A model generated the notes under the pieces. It searched no databases. It was not told the origin of the DNA and saw only the letters and a program-made list of their open reading frames with translations. Positions 37,016 to 46,019 of a stretch of 64,000 bases of DNA are shown here, piece by piece. The stretch is from Anaerolineaceae bacterium. GTDB lineage: Bacteria; Chloroflexota; Anaerolineae; Anaerolineales; Anaerolineaceae. A program made the position numbers and the translations under genes. Each line of letters starts with the position of its first letter. Positions within the stretch are counted from its first letter, which is position 1. The stretch is from contig JBMNVH010000003.1 of NCBI GenBank assembly GCA_050946715.1, positions 53,924 through 117,923 on the forward strand. The letters are read 5' to 3'.

Positions 37016-37814
37016 GTTAAATAGCGATCAAATTGAAAAGATCTGTGAGCAGCAATTGTTCCATTTGCCGTATTTTCGTGGCATGTTGCGAGCTGTTGAA
37101 CAGAGTTTCTACGAGCGGCTTGAACTAAAAGAGCCGATCTATGATCTGGGGGCTGGCGATGGGCACTTTGCCTGGGCTTTATTTGACGGCCAGGCTGTCG
37201 TGGGGCTGGACCCATGGTGGCAGCCTTTGACCGAAGCAAAGGAACGCAAGGTCTATCCCTTGTTGCTCCAGGCTGACGGCGCGGCTGTTCCAGCGGCGGA
37301 TGCCAGCTTCGCGACAGCGATCAGCAACTCCGTGCTTGAACACGTCAGTGAGATTCAGGCGGTGCTTAATGAAGTTGGTCGGGTGTTGCAGCCCGGCGGA
37401 TATTTTTACTTTGCGGTGCCAAACGAACGTTTTCGTACTGACTTATGGGGTATACAGGTTTTGAATAAAATTGGTCTTAAAAGCCTGGCTATGAAATATT
37501 CAAAATTCTTTAACAAAATTGCCCGTCATATCAATCTGGACACGCCCGAGGTCTGGATGGCAAGACTGCGGGAGGCTGGTTTTGATAAAATTGACTACTT
37601 CCATTATTATCCCCGTAAGGCATTACATATTCTTGAACGCGGGCATGCGGCAGGGCTGCCAAATTTGATCTGGAAGAAATTATTTGGGAGGTGGATCCTG
37701 TTTCCCACTCAAAAAAATCCATTCTTACGCATAGAGCAGACCAAACGTTTGATCAAGGATCCATTTGATGAAAAAGGCACCTGCACTTTCTACATGGCAA
37801 GGAGAAAGAGCTAA
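37008..37814 (+). CDS. Class I SAM-dependent methyltransferase
   Basis: The 268-aa ORF has motif I (IYDLGAGDGHF) and the post-I/II blocks SNSVLEHV and LQPGGYFYFAVPN. Confidence 0.8.
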   Translation: MNELNSDQIEKICEQQLFHLPYFRGMLRAVEQSFYERLELKEPIYDLGAGDGHFAWALFDGQAVVGLDPWWQPLTEAKERKVYPLLLQADGAAVPAADASFATAISNSVLEHVSEIQAVLNEVGRVLQPGGYFYFAVPNERFRTDLWGIQVLNKIGLKSLAMKYSKFFNKIARHINLDTPEVWMARLREAGFDKIDYFHYYPRKALHILERGHAAGLPNLIWKKLFGRWILFPTQKNPFLRIEQTKRLIKDPFDEKGTCTFYMARRKS

Positions 37815-38625
37815 AGTGAGAAAAATCTTTTATTATTTTGGATCAATTTTCACCTTGTTGTTTGGAATTAAAAACTGGCGGGTGCTGCTTTCTATCTTCC
37901 TGGGCAAGCCATTTGACGGCATAAAATGGCTTGAACTGCGACGTGACGACCTCAAGGTCGGTGTGGGCAGCAAAATGGAAGCCTGGTCGGTCAAGGAAAC
38001 TTTGATAGATCGCTTCTATGCCCGTTATGGCACTGAGGTTGAACCAAGCTGGACGGTGGTCGACATCGGCGCGGCGATCGGCGAATTTACCATTGACACC
38101 GCTTTAAAGCTGACTGATGGGATGGTGCATGCATTTGAACCAAACCCAGGCTCGATCAATATCCTTAGGCAAAACACGCGCGCGAATTACCTGAATCGGG
38201 TCACAACTTATAATCTTGGTGTTTGGAGTTTAGCGGGAGAGATACCCTTGAAGTTCCTCAATGACGAACCATTACAGGCTGTCAGCGGTGAAAATGTTGA
38301 GATCGACGATCAGGTTAGGGAAACTACAATACCAGTTATCACCTTAAATGACCTGGTTTTTGAAAAGGTGGGGAAGAAAATCGATCTGATGAAACTGGAT
38401 TGTGAGGGCGCGGAATACGAAATTCTCTTAGGACAAGACTATGAAACTTTCAGCCAGATCGCGCGCATCATCATGGAATACCATGACCTGGATGGGAACC
38501 GCAATTACAAAACCCTGACGAAAACGCTTGAAGAGCAGGGCTATCAAGTGACGCACAGGAAGAATCCTGTCCATTCAGAACTGGGTTATCTTTATGCCGT
38601 TCGCAGGGAATTGGTCAAATCCTGA
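37765..38625 (+). CDS. FkbM-family methyltransferase
   Basis: The product contains VVDIGAAIGEFT, AFEPNP and MKLDCEGAEYEIL. The true start may be the in-frame GTG at 37816, which has GGAGAAAGAG upstream and sits just after the previous stop. Confidence 0.8.
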   Translation: MMKKAPALSTWQGERAKVRKIFYYFGSIFTLLFGIKNWRVLLSIFLGKPFDGIKWLELRRDDLKVGVGSKMEAWSVKETLIDRFYARYGTEVEPSWTVVDIGAAIGEFTIDTALKLTDGMVHAFEPNPGSINILRQNTRANYLNRVTTYNLGVWSLAGEIPLKFLNDEPLQAVSGENVEIDDQVRETTIPVITLNDLVFEKVGKKIDLMKLDCEGAEYEILLGQDYETFSQIARIIMEYHDLDGNRNYKTLTKTLEEQGYQVTHRKNPVHSELGYLYAVRRELVKS

Positions 38626-38643
38626 GCGAACGAAGGTTTTTAA

Positions 38644-40737
38644 ATGGACGAACGCGAGAATGAACTCCAGGAAGATCTGACCTTGCTGGAGTATTTGAAA
38701 AGAAGACTGAGGGGTGATAAGCCCGTCATTTTAGGTGAGCAATCGGTTGTGACTGTTTCTGAGACTTCACAAATCAGCTCACAACGCCCTATCTTCTTTT
38801 TCCTTGCTGCGATTTTTATCCTTCTTGGTCAATTTATCCTGGAATCTTTCAAGGAAACATTCCGCACGCCCGCAATAGTTTTTTATCTGATCGGCGGTCT
38901 GGCATTTGTGCTTGCCAAAAGAAAAGGCGAATTGGATGGATTGTCCTTTTGGAAGGAAAATGGTGTTCCTGTTAAAGAGAATGATGAATCCGAGATTACC
39001 TTCTGCTGGTACTGGCTGGTGCTGGCGATCATATTCTCTTTAGGGGGCGTGATCCTTCTAAAGAATCAAGATTTGATCTGGCTTGTATTTCTGCTGTGGG
39101 GTTTAAGCGTGATTTTTGGTTTGCTTTCATTTTGGGAGTTTGGATCAAAAAGAGAAAGACCAAGCTTTCGTCAGTATGTTGAAAAAGCTTTGGCGGATAA
39201 AGTCTGGCTTTTGGCGGTTTTGGTCACTTTTGCTTCTGTTCTTTTCTTTCAGTTTGTCAAAATTGCAGAGATCCCGAAAGAAATGATCAGCACTCAGGTC
39301 GAGAGCTTTCTAAGCACTTTTGGCATCCTGAAAGGCGATCTGGGGCTGTGGTTCCCGCGCAATCTTGTCAGCGAGCCATTAACGTATTATTGGGGCGCTT
39401 TATTTGGACTGATTACAGGCTCACAATTTGGATATACTGTTTTCAAGGCAAGTTTCGCGATTGCTGGATTGGTTTCAGCCCTTTTTACTTATAAACTGGT
39501 CAGGCTACTTTTTGACCGCGAGACTGGACTGATCGCGACATTCCTGCTCGGGGTTGGCTATTGGGCGTTGATCCAACAAAGAGCTGTGGTCGGCTATGGT
39601 CTGGTCTTGCCCGTTTTAGCACCCGCCTTGTATCATTTTTTCAAGTCCCTATTTGAAGATGATAACAATGCGCACCTGCTGAGCATCCTGTTTGCATGCC
39701 TGGGCATTTTGACCAATAAAGTCTTTTTGATCTTGCCTGTTTTGAATTTGATCATCACGCTTCTGTTTTTTAGAAGCAATTCGAAGCAGAACTCTTCAAA
39801 TCTAATGATAATGCGCATAGGAAAAGGCTTAATGCTGGGGTTGATCATCCTTTTGCCTTTCCTGATCGTGGTCATCAGCAATTTTCAGGCCTGGATTTCT
39901 CCAATATCTAATAATTTGTATATTGCCGAGAATAGTGGAAACCCACTGATCATGTTTCTGAAAAATATGCTATCAGGCTCAGGGATCGCTTTTTGGAATA
40001 ACCGCTCCAGTTGGGTCGATGGTATTCCCTTTCGACCAGTATTTGACTGGGTCAGCGCGGGTTTCTTCCTATTTGGATTGCTTTCAATGTTGTTTTCGAC
40101 AAAAGAGGGTGAGCGCAAAAAGCAACTTGCTTACCTGATCCTTTGGATAGGCTTTTTGATCTATCCATCGCTAAACCTTGCTTTTCCCAACGAAAATCCA
40201 GCAATCGGGAAACATTTGCCGATCCTTTTTCTATCTTTGGTCTTGGCATCCAGGGGAATGAGCCTGCTTTGGTCGAAATTCATGGATCTTCAACTAAAAA
40301 ATGGATATGCAGTAAAGATCCTGCTTGCTGTAGTTTTGATACTTATCATCAGCTTTTCTAATTACAACTTGTTGACAGAAGGATATGCCAAACAATTTGA
40401 CGCATCAGCCTGGAATGCCAGCGAGATGGCGCATGTGATAGAGGTTTATGATCAGGGGATCGAATCAAAAACCAATTCCTTTATCGTCGGGTATCCGCAT
40501 TGGGTAGATGCCCGCGCTGTCGCGATACTGTTGGGAGCGCCTGATGAAGAGCTGGCGCTGATGCCCGAAGAGATCAAAAATACAACAAATACAACAGGGA
40601 CTAAAATATTCCTGCTTAATCCTTTTGATAAGGAAAGCATAGCCAAGTTACAATCTACTTATCCGCAGGGGATCGCCTCGACCTTTCAGAGCCTGAACCC
40701 GGATAAGAATTTTGTGATCTATATCGTAGGTCAATAA
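38644..40737 (+). CDS. Large polytopic membrane protein, GT-C-like (PMT_2/ArnT-like) glycosyltransferase candidate
   Basis: The 697-aa ORF has more than 12 hydrophobic segments, an acidic loop after a TM helix (IPKEMISTQVESF) and a C-terminal ~150-aa soluble domain. The assignment rests on architecture and context only. Confidence 0.5.
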   Translation: MDERENELQEDLTLLEYLKRRLRGDKPVILGEQSVVTVSETSQISSQRPIFFFLAAIFILLGQFILESFKETFRTPAIVFYLIGGLAFVLAKRKGELDGLSFWKENGVPVKENDESEITFCWYWLVLAIIFSLGGVILLKNQDLIWLVFLLWGLSVIFGLLSFWEFGSKRERPSFRQYVEKALADKVWLLAVLVTFASVLFFQFVKIAEIPKEMISTQVESFLSTFGILKGDLGLWFPRNLVSEPLTYYWGALFGLITGSQFGYTVFKASFAIAGLVSALFTYKLVRLLFDRETGLIATFLLGVGYWALIQQRAVVGYGLVLPVLAPALYHFFKSLFEDDNNAHLLSILFACLGILTNKVFLILPVLNLIITLLFFRSNSKQNSSNLMIMRIGKGLMLGLIILLPFLIVVISNFQAWISPISNNLYIAENSGNPLIMFLKNMLSGSGIAFWNNRSSWVDGIPFRPVFDWVSAGFFLFGLLSMLFSTKEGERKKQLAYLILWIGFLIYPSLNLAFPNENPAIGKHLPILFLSLVLASRGMSLLWSKFMDLQLKNGYAVKILLAVVLILIISFSNYNLLTEGYAKQFDASAWNASEMAHVIEVYDQGIESKTNSFIVGYPHWVDARAVAILLGAPDEELALMPEEIKNTTNTTGTKIFLLNPFDKESIAKLQSTYPQGIASTFQSLNPDKNFVIYIVGQ

Positions 40738-40739
40738 AT

Positions 40740-43700
40740 ATGGACGATAACGTAAAGTCGTTGGATACTAAAAAAAAGCAAAGAAGATTAAAACCGATCA
40801 CCGTTATTTTGCTTTTGATGGTGATATTGATCGCTGGGGCGTCCCTGCGAATGATGAACACCAACTGGGATGACTCGCAGCACCTCCACCCGGACGAGCG
40901 TTTTCTTTCCCAGGTGATCGCGCAGATCAGACCTGTAGGCTCCATTTCGGAATATTTTGATACCGAACATTCAGTTCTGAACCCGAACACGCACGGGCAT
41001 ACTTTTTTTGTTTATGGCACCTTTCCACTATTCATTATCCGATATGTTGGCGAGTGGACTGGCCAAACCGGCTATGACCTCAACACACTGATCGGTCGTC
41101 AGCTTTCGGCGACAAGCGAGATCTTTACGATCCTGATCGTTTTCATGATCGCCTACAAGCTCTATAACCAAAGGGTTGCTTTGATCGCTGCGGCTTTGTA
41201 TGCCTTTGCTGTTTTGCCAATTCAGCAGGCCCACTTCATGACGGTCGATACCTTCACCAACACTTTTGGGATGCTGACCGTTTTGGCAGCTGTCAACATC
41301 CTCACAAAGGATCCAGACGAGCGAGAGATAGCTGGCATTCGCGGACTTTGGAAGCGCTGGTCAGCTTATCTTTTCTTTGGAATCGCGCTGGGTATGGCAA
41401 CGGCTTCCAAGATCAATGCCGTTTCTTTAGCTTTGCTTTTGCCATTGGTTGAGCTGGTGCGCTTTAATCGGGAAGATAAATTCAAGGTTGGAAGCGCAAT
41501 TCTGAAAGTGGGTTTTGCTGGCGCGATCAGCTTTCTGACCTTTCGCGTCCTGCAGCCCTATGCTTTTACGGGTCCTGGCTTTTTCAATCTGGCTATTAAT
41601 CAGGATTGGTGGATGGGACTGCGCAATTTGCAGACCATGTCTACGGGAGAAGTGGATTTTCCGCCCGCTTTGCAATGGATCCGCCGACCAGACAGTTTTG
41701 CATTCAAAAATCTGATGGTTTGGGGCGTCGGCTTGCCCTGGGGAATTAGCTCGGTCTTAAGTTGGATCGCTCAGGTATGGCAGATCATCAAAAAACGTAA
41801 GCTTGATCACGCTCCGATCTGCTTATGGATGCTGCTTTACTTTTTATGGCAAGGGCTGGCATGGGTTAGCTCCATGCGCTATCTGCTGCTGCTTTACCCG
41901 CTCATGGCGGTCATCACCGCCTGGGGGCTGGACCGACTGATTAGTAAAAATGACAACCTGCGCATAGGCAAATTGAATATTTCGTCAAAACTGATTTCCA
42001 AAGCGGGTATGGTGATAACGGTAGTGGTCTTGCTTTCCACCGCTTTGTGGGCTTTTGCTTTTACGCGCATTTACACTGAGCCCGTGACCCGAGTTCAGGC
42101 TTCCGAATGGATCTACGAAAATCTGGAAGCGCCGATCAACCTGAAGATGGAAACCGAAGCAGGGGTGGAAAGCATACCAGCCCAATATCGGGCGTATACG
42201 GTCCTGTTTTCGGGTCAGGAATTGCCGCTTGTGTTTTCCACGCCTGTATCTGCTTATCTGATGGAATTGAATTATCCGATGGTTCAACAAATTACGACTT
42301 CCGCAGACCTGATCGAATACCAGCTGAGCATTATCGATCTTGAAAGTGGGCAAGCGCTCAATCAGACGCCATTCGTTGCCAGCAATCCTTTGGCAGCCGA
42401 TGGGCTGAGCCGTCAAGCTTTGTTGAATTTCAACTTTAATCAGACCATTCGATTTGAAGCTGGCAAGCTGTACAAGTTCGTTCTGACTATGAATACAGCG
42501 GAATCTCAGGCTTACGTCAGCGGGGTGCCAAGGCTTAGCCTTTATCGAGATGATGGGCAGGTACTTCAGGAAGTTCTTCCTCAAATCAACGAACAATTCA
42601 ACCTCATGCACCCCTATTCAATGCGAATCAGCGTTCAAAAGCCTGGGACGATCACTGCGGTTGAACTGCCGATGGTATTGGATCATTCAATGAATTCGGG
42701 TGAGAAGACCTTGCGCTTGATATTGACTTCATACAACAATGGAAATTCTGAGTCGGTCAGCAGCCTGGTGAAAGAAAAACTGACTAATCCTGGAGATGGG
42801 CGTGGAGAGCGGCTGAGCTTTGAACTCGAGAAACCCCTAATAATAGAACACCCGCAAGCTGTCGATCTTTACCTCGGTTTGGATGAGGGCGAGGGCGCTA
42901 TCATGGTCTCAACGCCAGGAATGGCGTTTGAAAGCTCCTGGGATGACGCTTTGCCGCTGCCTCTGATGGGCTATTCTCCATTCCAACCTGATGGTTCTGG
43001 ATTTTTCCGTCCCGATCTTAATTTTGAGATGTACTGGCCCGATGATGCCAGCAAGCGCGAGCGTTTTTATCAGATACTGAGCCAGACGGACTATATCGTC
43101 ATGAGCTCCAACCGCCAGTTTGGCACGATCCCGCGCGCGCCTGAGAAATATCCTCTGAGTACTCATTTTTATCGGGAGTTGCTAAATTGTCCTGACGAAA
43201 TGGATACGGTGGTTTGCTATTACGAGGCTGAAGCGGAGCACCTGAACCCAGAATTTGGATTCGATCTAATCAAAACATTCACTTCTTATCCACGATTGGG
43301 GTCCTGGGAGTTTAACGACCAATACGCGGAAGAGGCTTTCTCGGTCTATGACCATCCAAAGGTCCTGATCTTCAGGAAGAACGAATATTTTGATTCGGAA
43401 CGGGTCTTAGAAATACTCAATCAAGTCGATGTCAGTAAAGCTTTACCGCTAACACCCAAACAAATGGACGAATATAAACCACAAAGCCAGTCTGGCAATT
43501 CAGACCTGATGCTGACGGATGAGGAAATAGCGGTACAACAAGGTGGGGGTACATGGTCAGCGCTTTTTGATCGCGAGTCTGTCTTAAATAAATGGCCATG
43601 GCTGGGCGTAGTCGCTTTGTACTTCTTCTTCTTGATCCTAGGTTGGGTCGCTTTCCCGATCGTAATGCTCGCCTTCCCTGGGTTGGATGACAAAGGCTAC

Positions 43701-46019
43701 GCCTTTGCCCGAATCGTGGGACTCTTGTTGTTCGCGCTATTCGCCTTCAATCTCGGTTCGCTAAAAATTGAAGTAACCCGAGCTTTGCTTATTTATGTCT
43801 TGCTCGCGATAACGATGATTTCAGTAGCTGTGGCAGGCTTCAACCGTAAGAAGCTACAAGATTATATAAAAAACAGATGGAAACTGATCTTAATTGAGGA
43901 AATTGTCTTCCTGATCGCTTTTCTTTTCTTCCTATGGATCCGATATAACAACCCGGATCTGTGGCACCCCTGGCGCGGCGGTGAAAAGCCTATGGATTTC
44001 AGCTACCTCAACGCGGTCATCAAGAGCAGCACGTTTCCAGCTTACGATCCCTGGTTCGCGGGTGGTTTCATTAATTATTACTACTACGGGCAGGTGCTGG
44101 TTGCCTTGCCGATCAAACTGCTTGGCATTGTGCCGGCTGTTGCCTATAACATTTGCCTGGCATTGTGGTACGCGATGCTGGTTGTAGCGGCTTTTTCAAT
44201 TGGCTGGAACCTGACCTGGTTTGTTTTATCCAGAAAAAACTCCGAAACCGAAGCTGTTCCAGCTTCCATTTTACCTTTTTGGGGCGGCATCGCGAGCAGT
44301 CTTCTTCTGGCGTTGCTGGGAAATCTGGGCACAATCAAGGTGCTCAGCGACGGACTGGCGATCCTGGGGTCTAATGGCGCTGATATCACTCAGACGAATT
44401 TCTTTCAATACATCGGCTGGGCAATTCAGGGCATTGCGTCCATAAGAAATGGAGCCCAATTGCCGATCGGTGCCGGAAGTTGGTATTGGAACCCAAGCCG
44501 AACGATTCCAGGCGAGCCGATCACTGAATTCCCATTTTTCACCTTTCTTTATGCCGATTTCCATGCCCATTTGATCGCCATGCCGATCGTGCTGGCGGCG
44601 ATTGGCTGGGGATTATCACTGGTCATGGCAAAGTGGAAAGGTGGTCTCGACTGGAAGAAGCTCCTCAGTACGGCGGTGCCGATCCTCTTTGTCGGCGGCA
44701 TGGTCGTCGGCGCATTGCAGCCCACCAATACCTGGGATTACATCACTTTTACCCTTTTCAATATCATTATATTGGCATATGTGAGTTGGCGGGAATTGCC
44801 CGCGATCAAGGGTGAAAAGCTGCCAAAATTGCTGCGAAAAGCGATCTTGCCAGCTCTTGGCGTTCTTATATTTATTGGATCAAGTCGTTTGTTATATTAT
44901 CGGTTCAATCACAACTTCTTCCCAGGCTACAGCAGTGTCGGCTTTTGGGAAGGACCCAAAACCCCGATCTGGTCTTATCTGCTGCACTGGGGGCTGATCC
45001 TCTTCCTAATTGCTTGGTGGTTTGCCTGGGAGCTGTATCAATGGCTGGCCACAACCAGGTTGTCACAGTTGCCAGCATGGATGAAAAAGAAGCATTATCT
45101 GATCGGTTTTGCGGCTGGGATCGGGACGCTTTTACTTGCTTTGCTGATAATAAAAGTGAAGATCGCCCTTTTCGCGGTTCCACTGGCAACGCTGGCTTTA
45201 TTCCTTTTGGTTATAAAGAAAAACGATGCCAAACGACTGGCGTTTTTCATGATCGGGACTGGCTTGCTGCTGACGATCGTGGTCGAATTGGTTTATCTGG
45301 TCGGGGATGTCGGGCGTATGAATGTGGTTTTCAAGCTCTATCATCAGGCCTGGATGCTGCTTACTTTGCCTTTAGGGTTGGCGATAGTAACACTGATCAA
45401 AGATATGCCGACCTGGAGGCCGAGCCGTCAGTATCTCTTCCAGATCCCGCTCTTCATCCTCGTGTTTATCGCTTTGCTTTTCCCTGTGCTTGCGAGCCAG
45501 GATAAGATGACCGACCGTATGAGTCTGACATCGCCAAAGACATTGGACGGCATGAAATACATGGAGACATCCGTCTACAACATGAATGGGATCGACATGG
45601 ATCTGGCTCAGGACTATTGCGCGATCCAGTGGCTGCAGGATCATGTTGAAGGTTCGCCTGTTATCGTTGAGGCTCAGGCGTACGAGTACCGATGGGGCAA
45701 TCGTTTCACTATTTATACTGGCTTGCCTGGCGTGGTCGGCTGGAATTATCACCAAAGGCAGCAGCGGGCTATTTTGCAGGATAACTCGGTTCAAAACCGT
45801 GTCGATGAGGTCAATGCTTTTTACGAAAGCGGTGACCAGGAATTCGTGAAAGATTTTCTTGAGCGCTATCGCGTAAAATATATTATCGTAGGTCAACAGG
45901 AAGTGGCTGTGTATTCTTACGCTGGCCTGGATAAGTTCCTTGCCTGGGACGGCTTGTTGTGGAATGAGGTTTATCGGGACGTGGGTACGGCGATTTATGA
46001 GGTAATACAAAATGATTGA
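40740..46019 (+). CDS. Giant fusion membrane protein: N-terminal GT-C-like module + ~500-aa soluble domain + C-terminal DUF2298 ('chlor_Arch_YYY') module
   Basis: The 1759-aa ORF is uninterrupted. The N-terminal module carries HLHPDERFLSQV in its first loop after TM1. The C-terminal module (about 43590..46019) carries GGEKPMDFSYLNAVIKSS...YDPWFAGGFINYYYYGQ and GWNYHQRQQR...YRVKYIIVGQQE, and is collinear with the next gene. Confidence 0.75.
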   Translation: MDDNVKSLDTKKKQRRLKPITVILLLMVILIAGASLRMMNTNWDDSQHLHPDERFLSQVIAQIRPVGSISEYFDTEHSVLNPNTHGHTFFVYGTFPLFIIRYVGEWTGQTGYDLNTLIGRQLSATSEIFTILIVFMIAYKLYNQRVALIAAALYAFAVLPIQQAHFMTVDTFTNTFGMLTVLAAVNILTKDPDEREIAGIRGLWKRWSAYLFFGIALGMATASKINAVSLALLLPLVELVRFNREDKFKVGSAILKVGFAGAISFLTFRVLQPYAFTGPGFFNLAINQDWWMGLRNLQTMSTGEVDFPPALQWIRRPDSFAFKNLMVWGVGLPWGISSVLSWIAQVWQIIKKRKLDHAPICLWMLLYFLWQGLAWVSSMRYLLLLYPLMAVITAWGLDRLISKNDNLRIGKLNISSKLISKAGMVITVVVLLSTALWAFAFTRIYTEPVTRVQASEWIYENLEAPINLKMETEAGVESIPAQYRAYTVLFSGQELPLVFSTPVSAYLMELNYPMVQQITTSADLIEYQLSIIDLESGQALNQTPFVASNPLAADGLSRQALLNFNFNQTIRFEAGKLYKFVLTMNTAESQAYVSGVPRLSLYRDDGQVLQEVLPQINEQFNLMHPYSMRISVQKPGTITAVELPMVLDHSMNSGEKTLRLILTSYNNGNSESVSSLVKEKLTNPGDGRGERLSFELEKPLIIEHPQAVDLYLGLDEGEGAIMVSTPGMAFESSWDDALPLPLMGYSPFQPDGSGFFRPDLNFEMYWPDDASKRERFYQILSQTDYIVMSSNRQFGTIPRAPEKYPLSTHFYRELLNCPDEMDTVVCYYEAEAEHLNPEFGFDLIKTFTSYPRLGSWEFNDQYAEEAFSVYDHPKVLIFRKNEYFDSERVLEILNQVDVSKALPLTPKQMDEYKPQSQSGNSDLMLTDEEIAVQQGGGTWSALFDRESVLNKWPWLGVVALYFFFLILGWVAFPIVMLAFPGLDDKGYAFARIVGLLLFALFAFNLGSLKIEVTRALLIYVLLAITMISVAVAGFNRKKLQDYIKNRWKLILIEEIVFLIAFLFFLWIRYNNPDLWHPWRGGEKPMDFSYLNAVIKSSTFPAYDPWFAGGFINYYYYGQVLVALPIKLLGIVPAVAYNICLALWYAMLVVAAFSIGWNLTWFVLSRKNSETEAVPASILPFWGGIASSLLLALLGNLGTIKVLSDGLAILGSNGADITQTNFFQYIGWAIQGIASIRNGAQLPIGAGSWYWNPSRTIPGEPITEFPFFTFLYADFHAHLIAMPIVLAAIGWGLSLVMAKWKGGLDWKKLLSTAVPILFVGGMVVGALQPTNTWDYITFTLFNIIILAYVSWRELPAIKGEKLPKLLRKAILPALGVLIFIGSSRLLYYRFNHNFFPGYSSVGFWEGPKTPIWSYLLHWGLILFLIAWWFAWELYQWLATTRLSQLPAWMKKKHYLIGFAAGIGTLLLALLIIKVKIALFAVPLATLALFLLVIKKNDAKRLAFFMIGTGLLLTIVVELVYLVGDVGRMNVVFKLYHQAWMLLTLPLGLAIVTLIKDMPTWRPSRQYLFQIPLFILVFIALLFPVLASQDKMTDRMSLTSPKTLDGMKYMETSVYNMNGIDMDLAQDYCAIQWLQDHVEGSPVIVEAQAYEYRWGNRFTIYTGLPGVVGWNYHQRQQRAILQDNSVQNRVDEVNAFYESGDQEFVKDFLERYRVKYIIVGQQEVAVYSYAGLDKFLAWDGLLWNEVYRDVGTAIYEVIQND

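Noticed and set aside
41985-42611. 208-aa antisense ORF, plus the 230-aa antisense ORF at 45372..46064 inside the 1759-aa gene
   Set aside because: Both are embedded antisense in a long uninterrupted ORF whose C-terminal module has clear paralogy to the next gene. Their products have no motifs, and 45372..46064 would bridge two overlapping plus-strand genes.
43296-43304. DnaA-box-like TTATCCACG
   Set aside because: It is a single copy inside a coding region, with no cluster, no AT-rich unwinding element and no dnaA/dnaN nearby.
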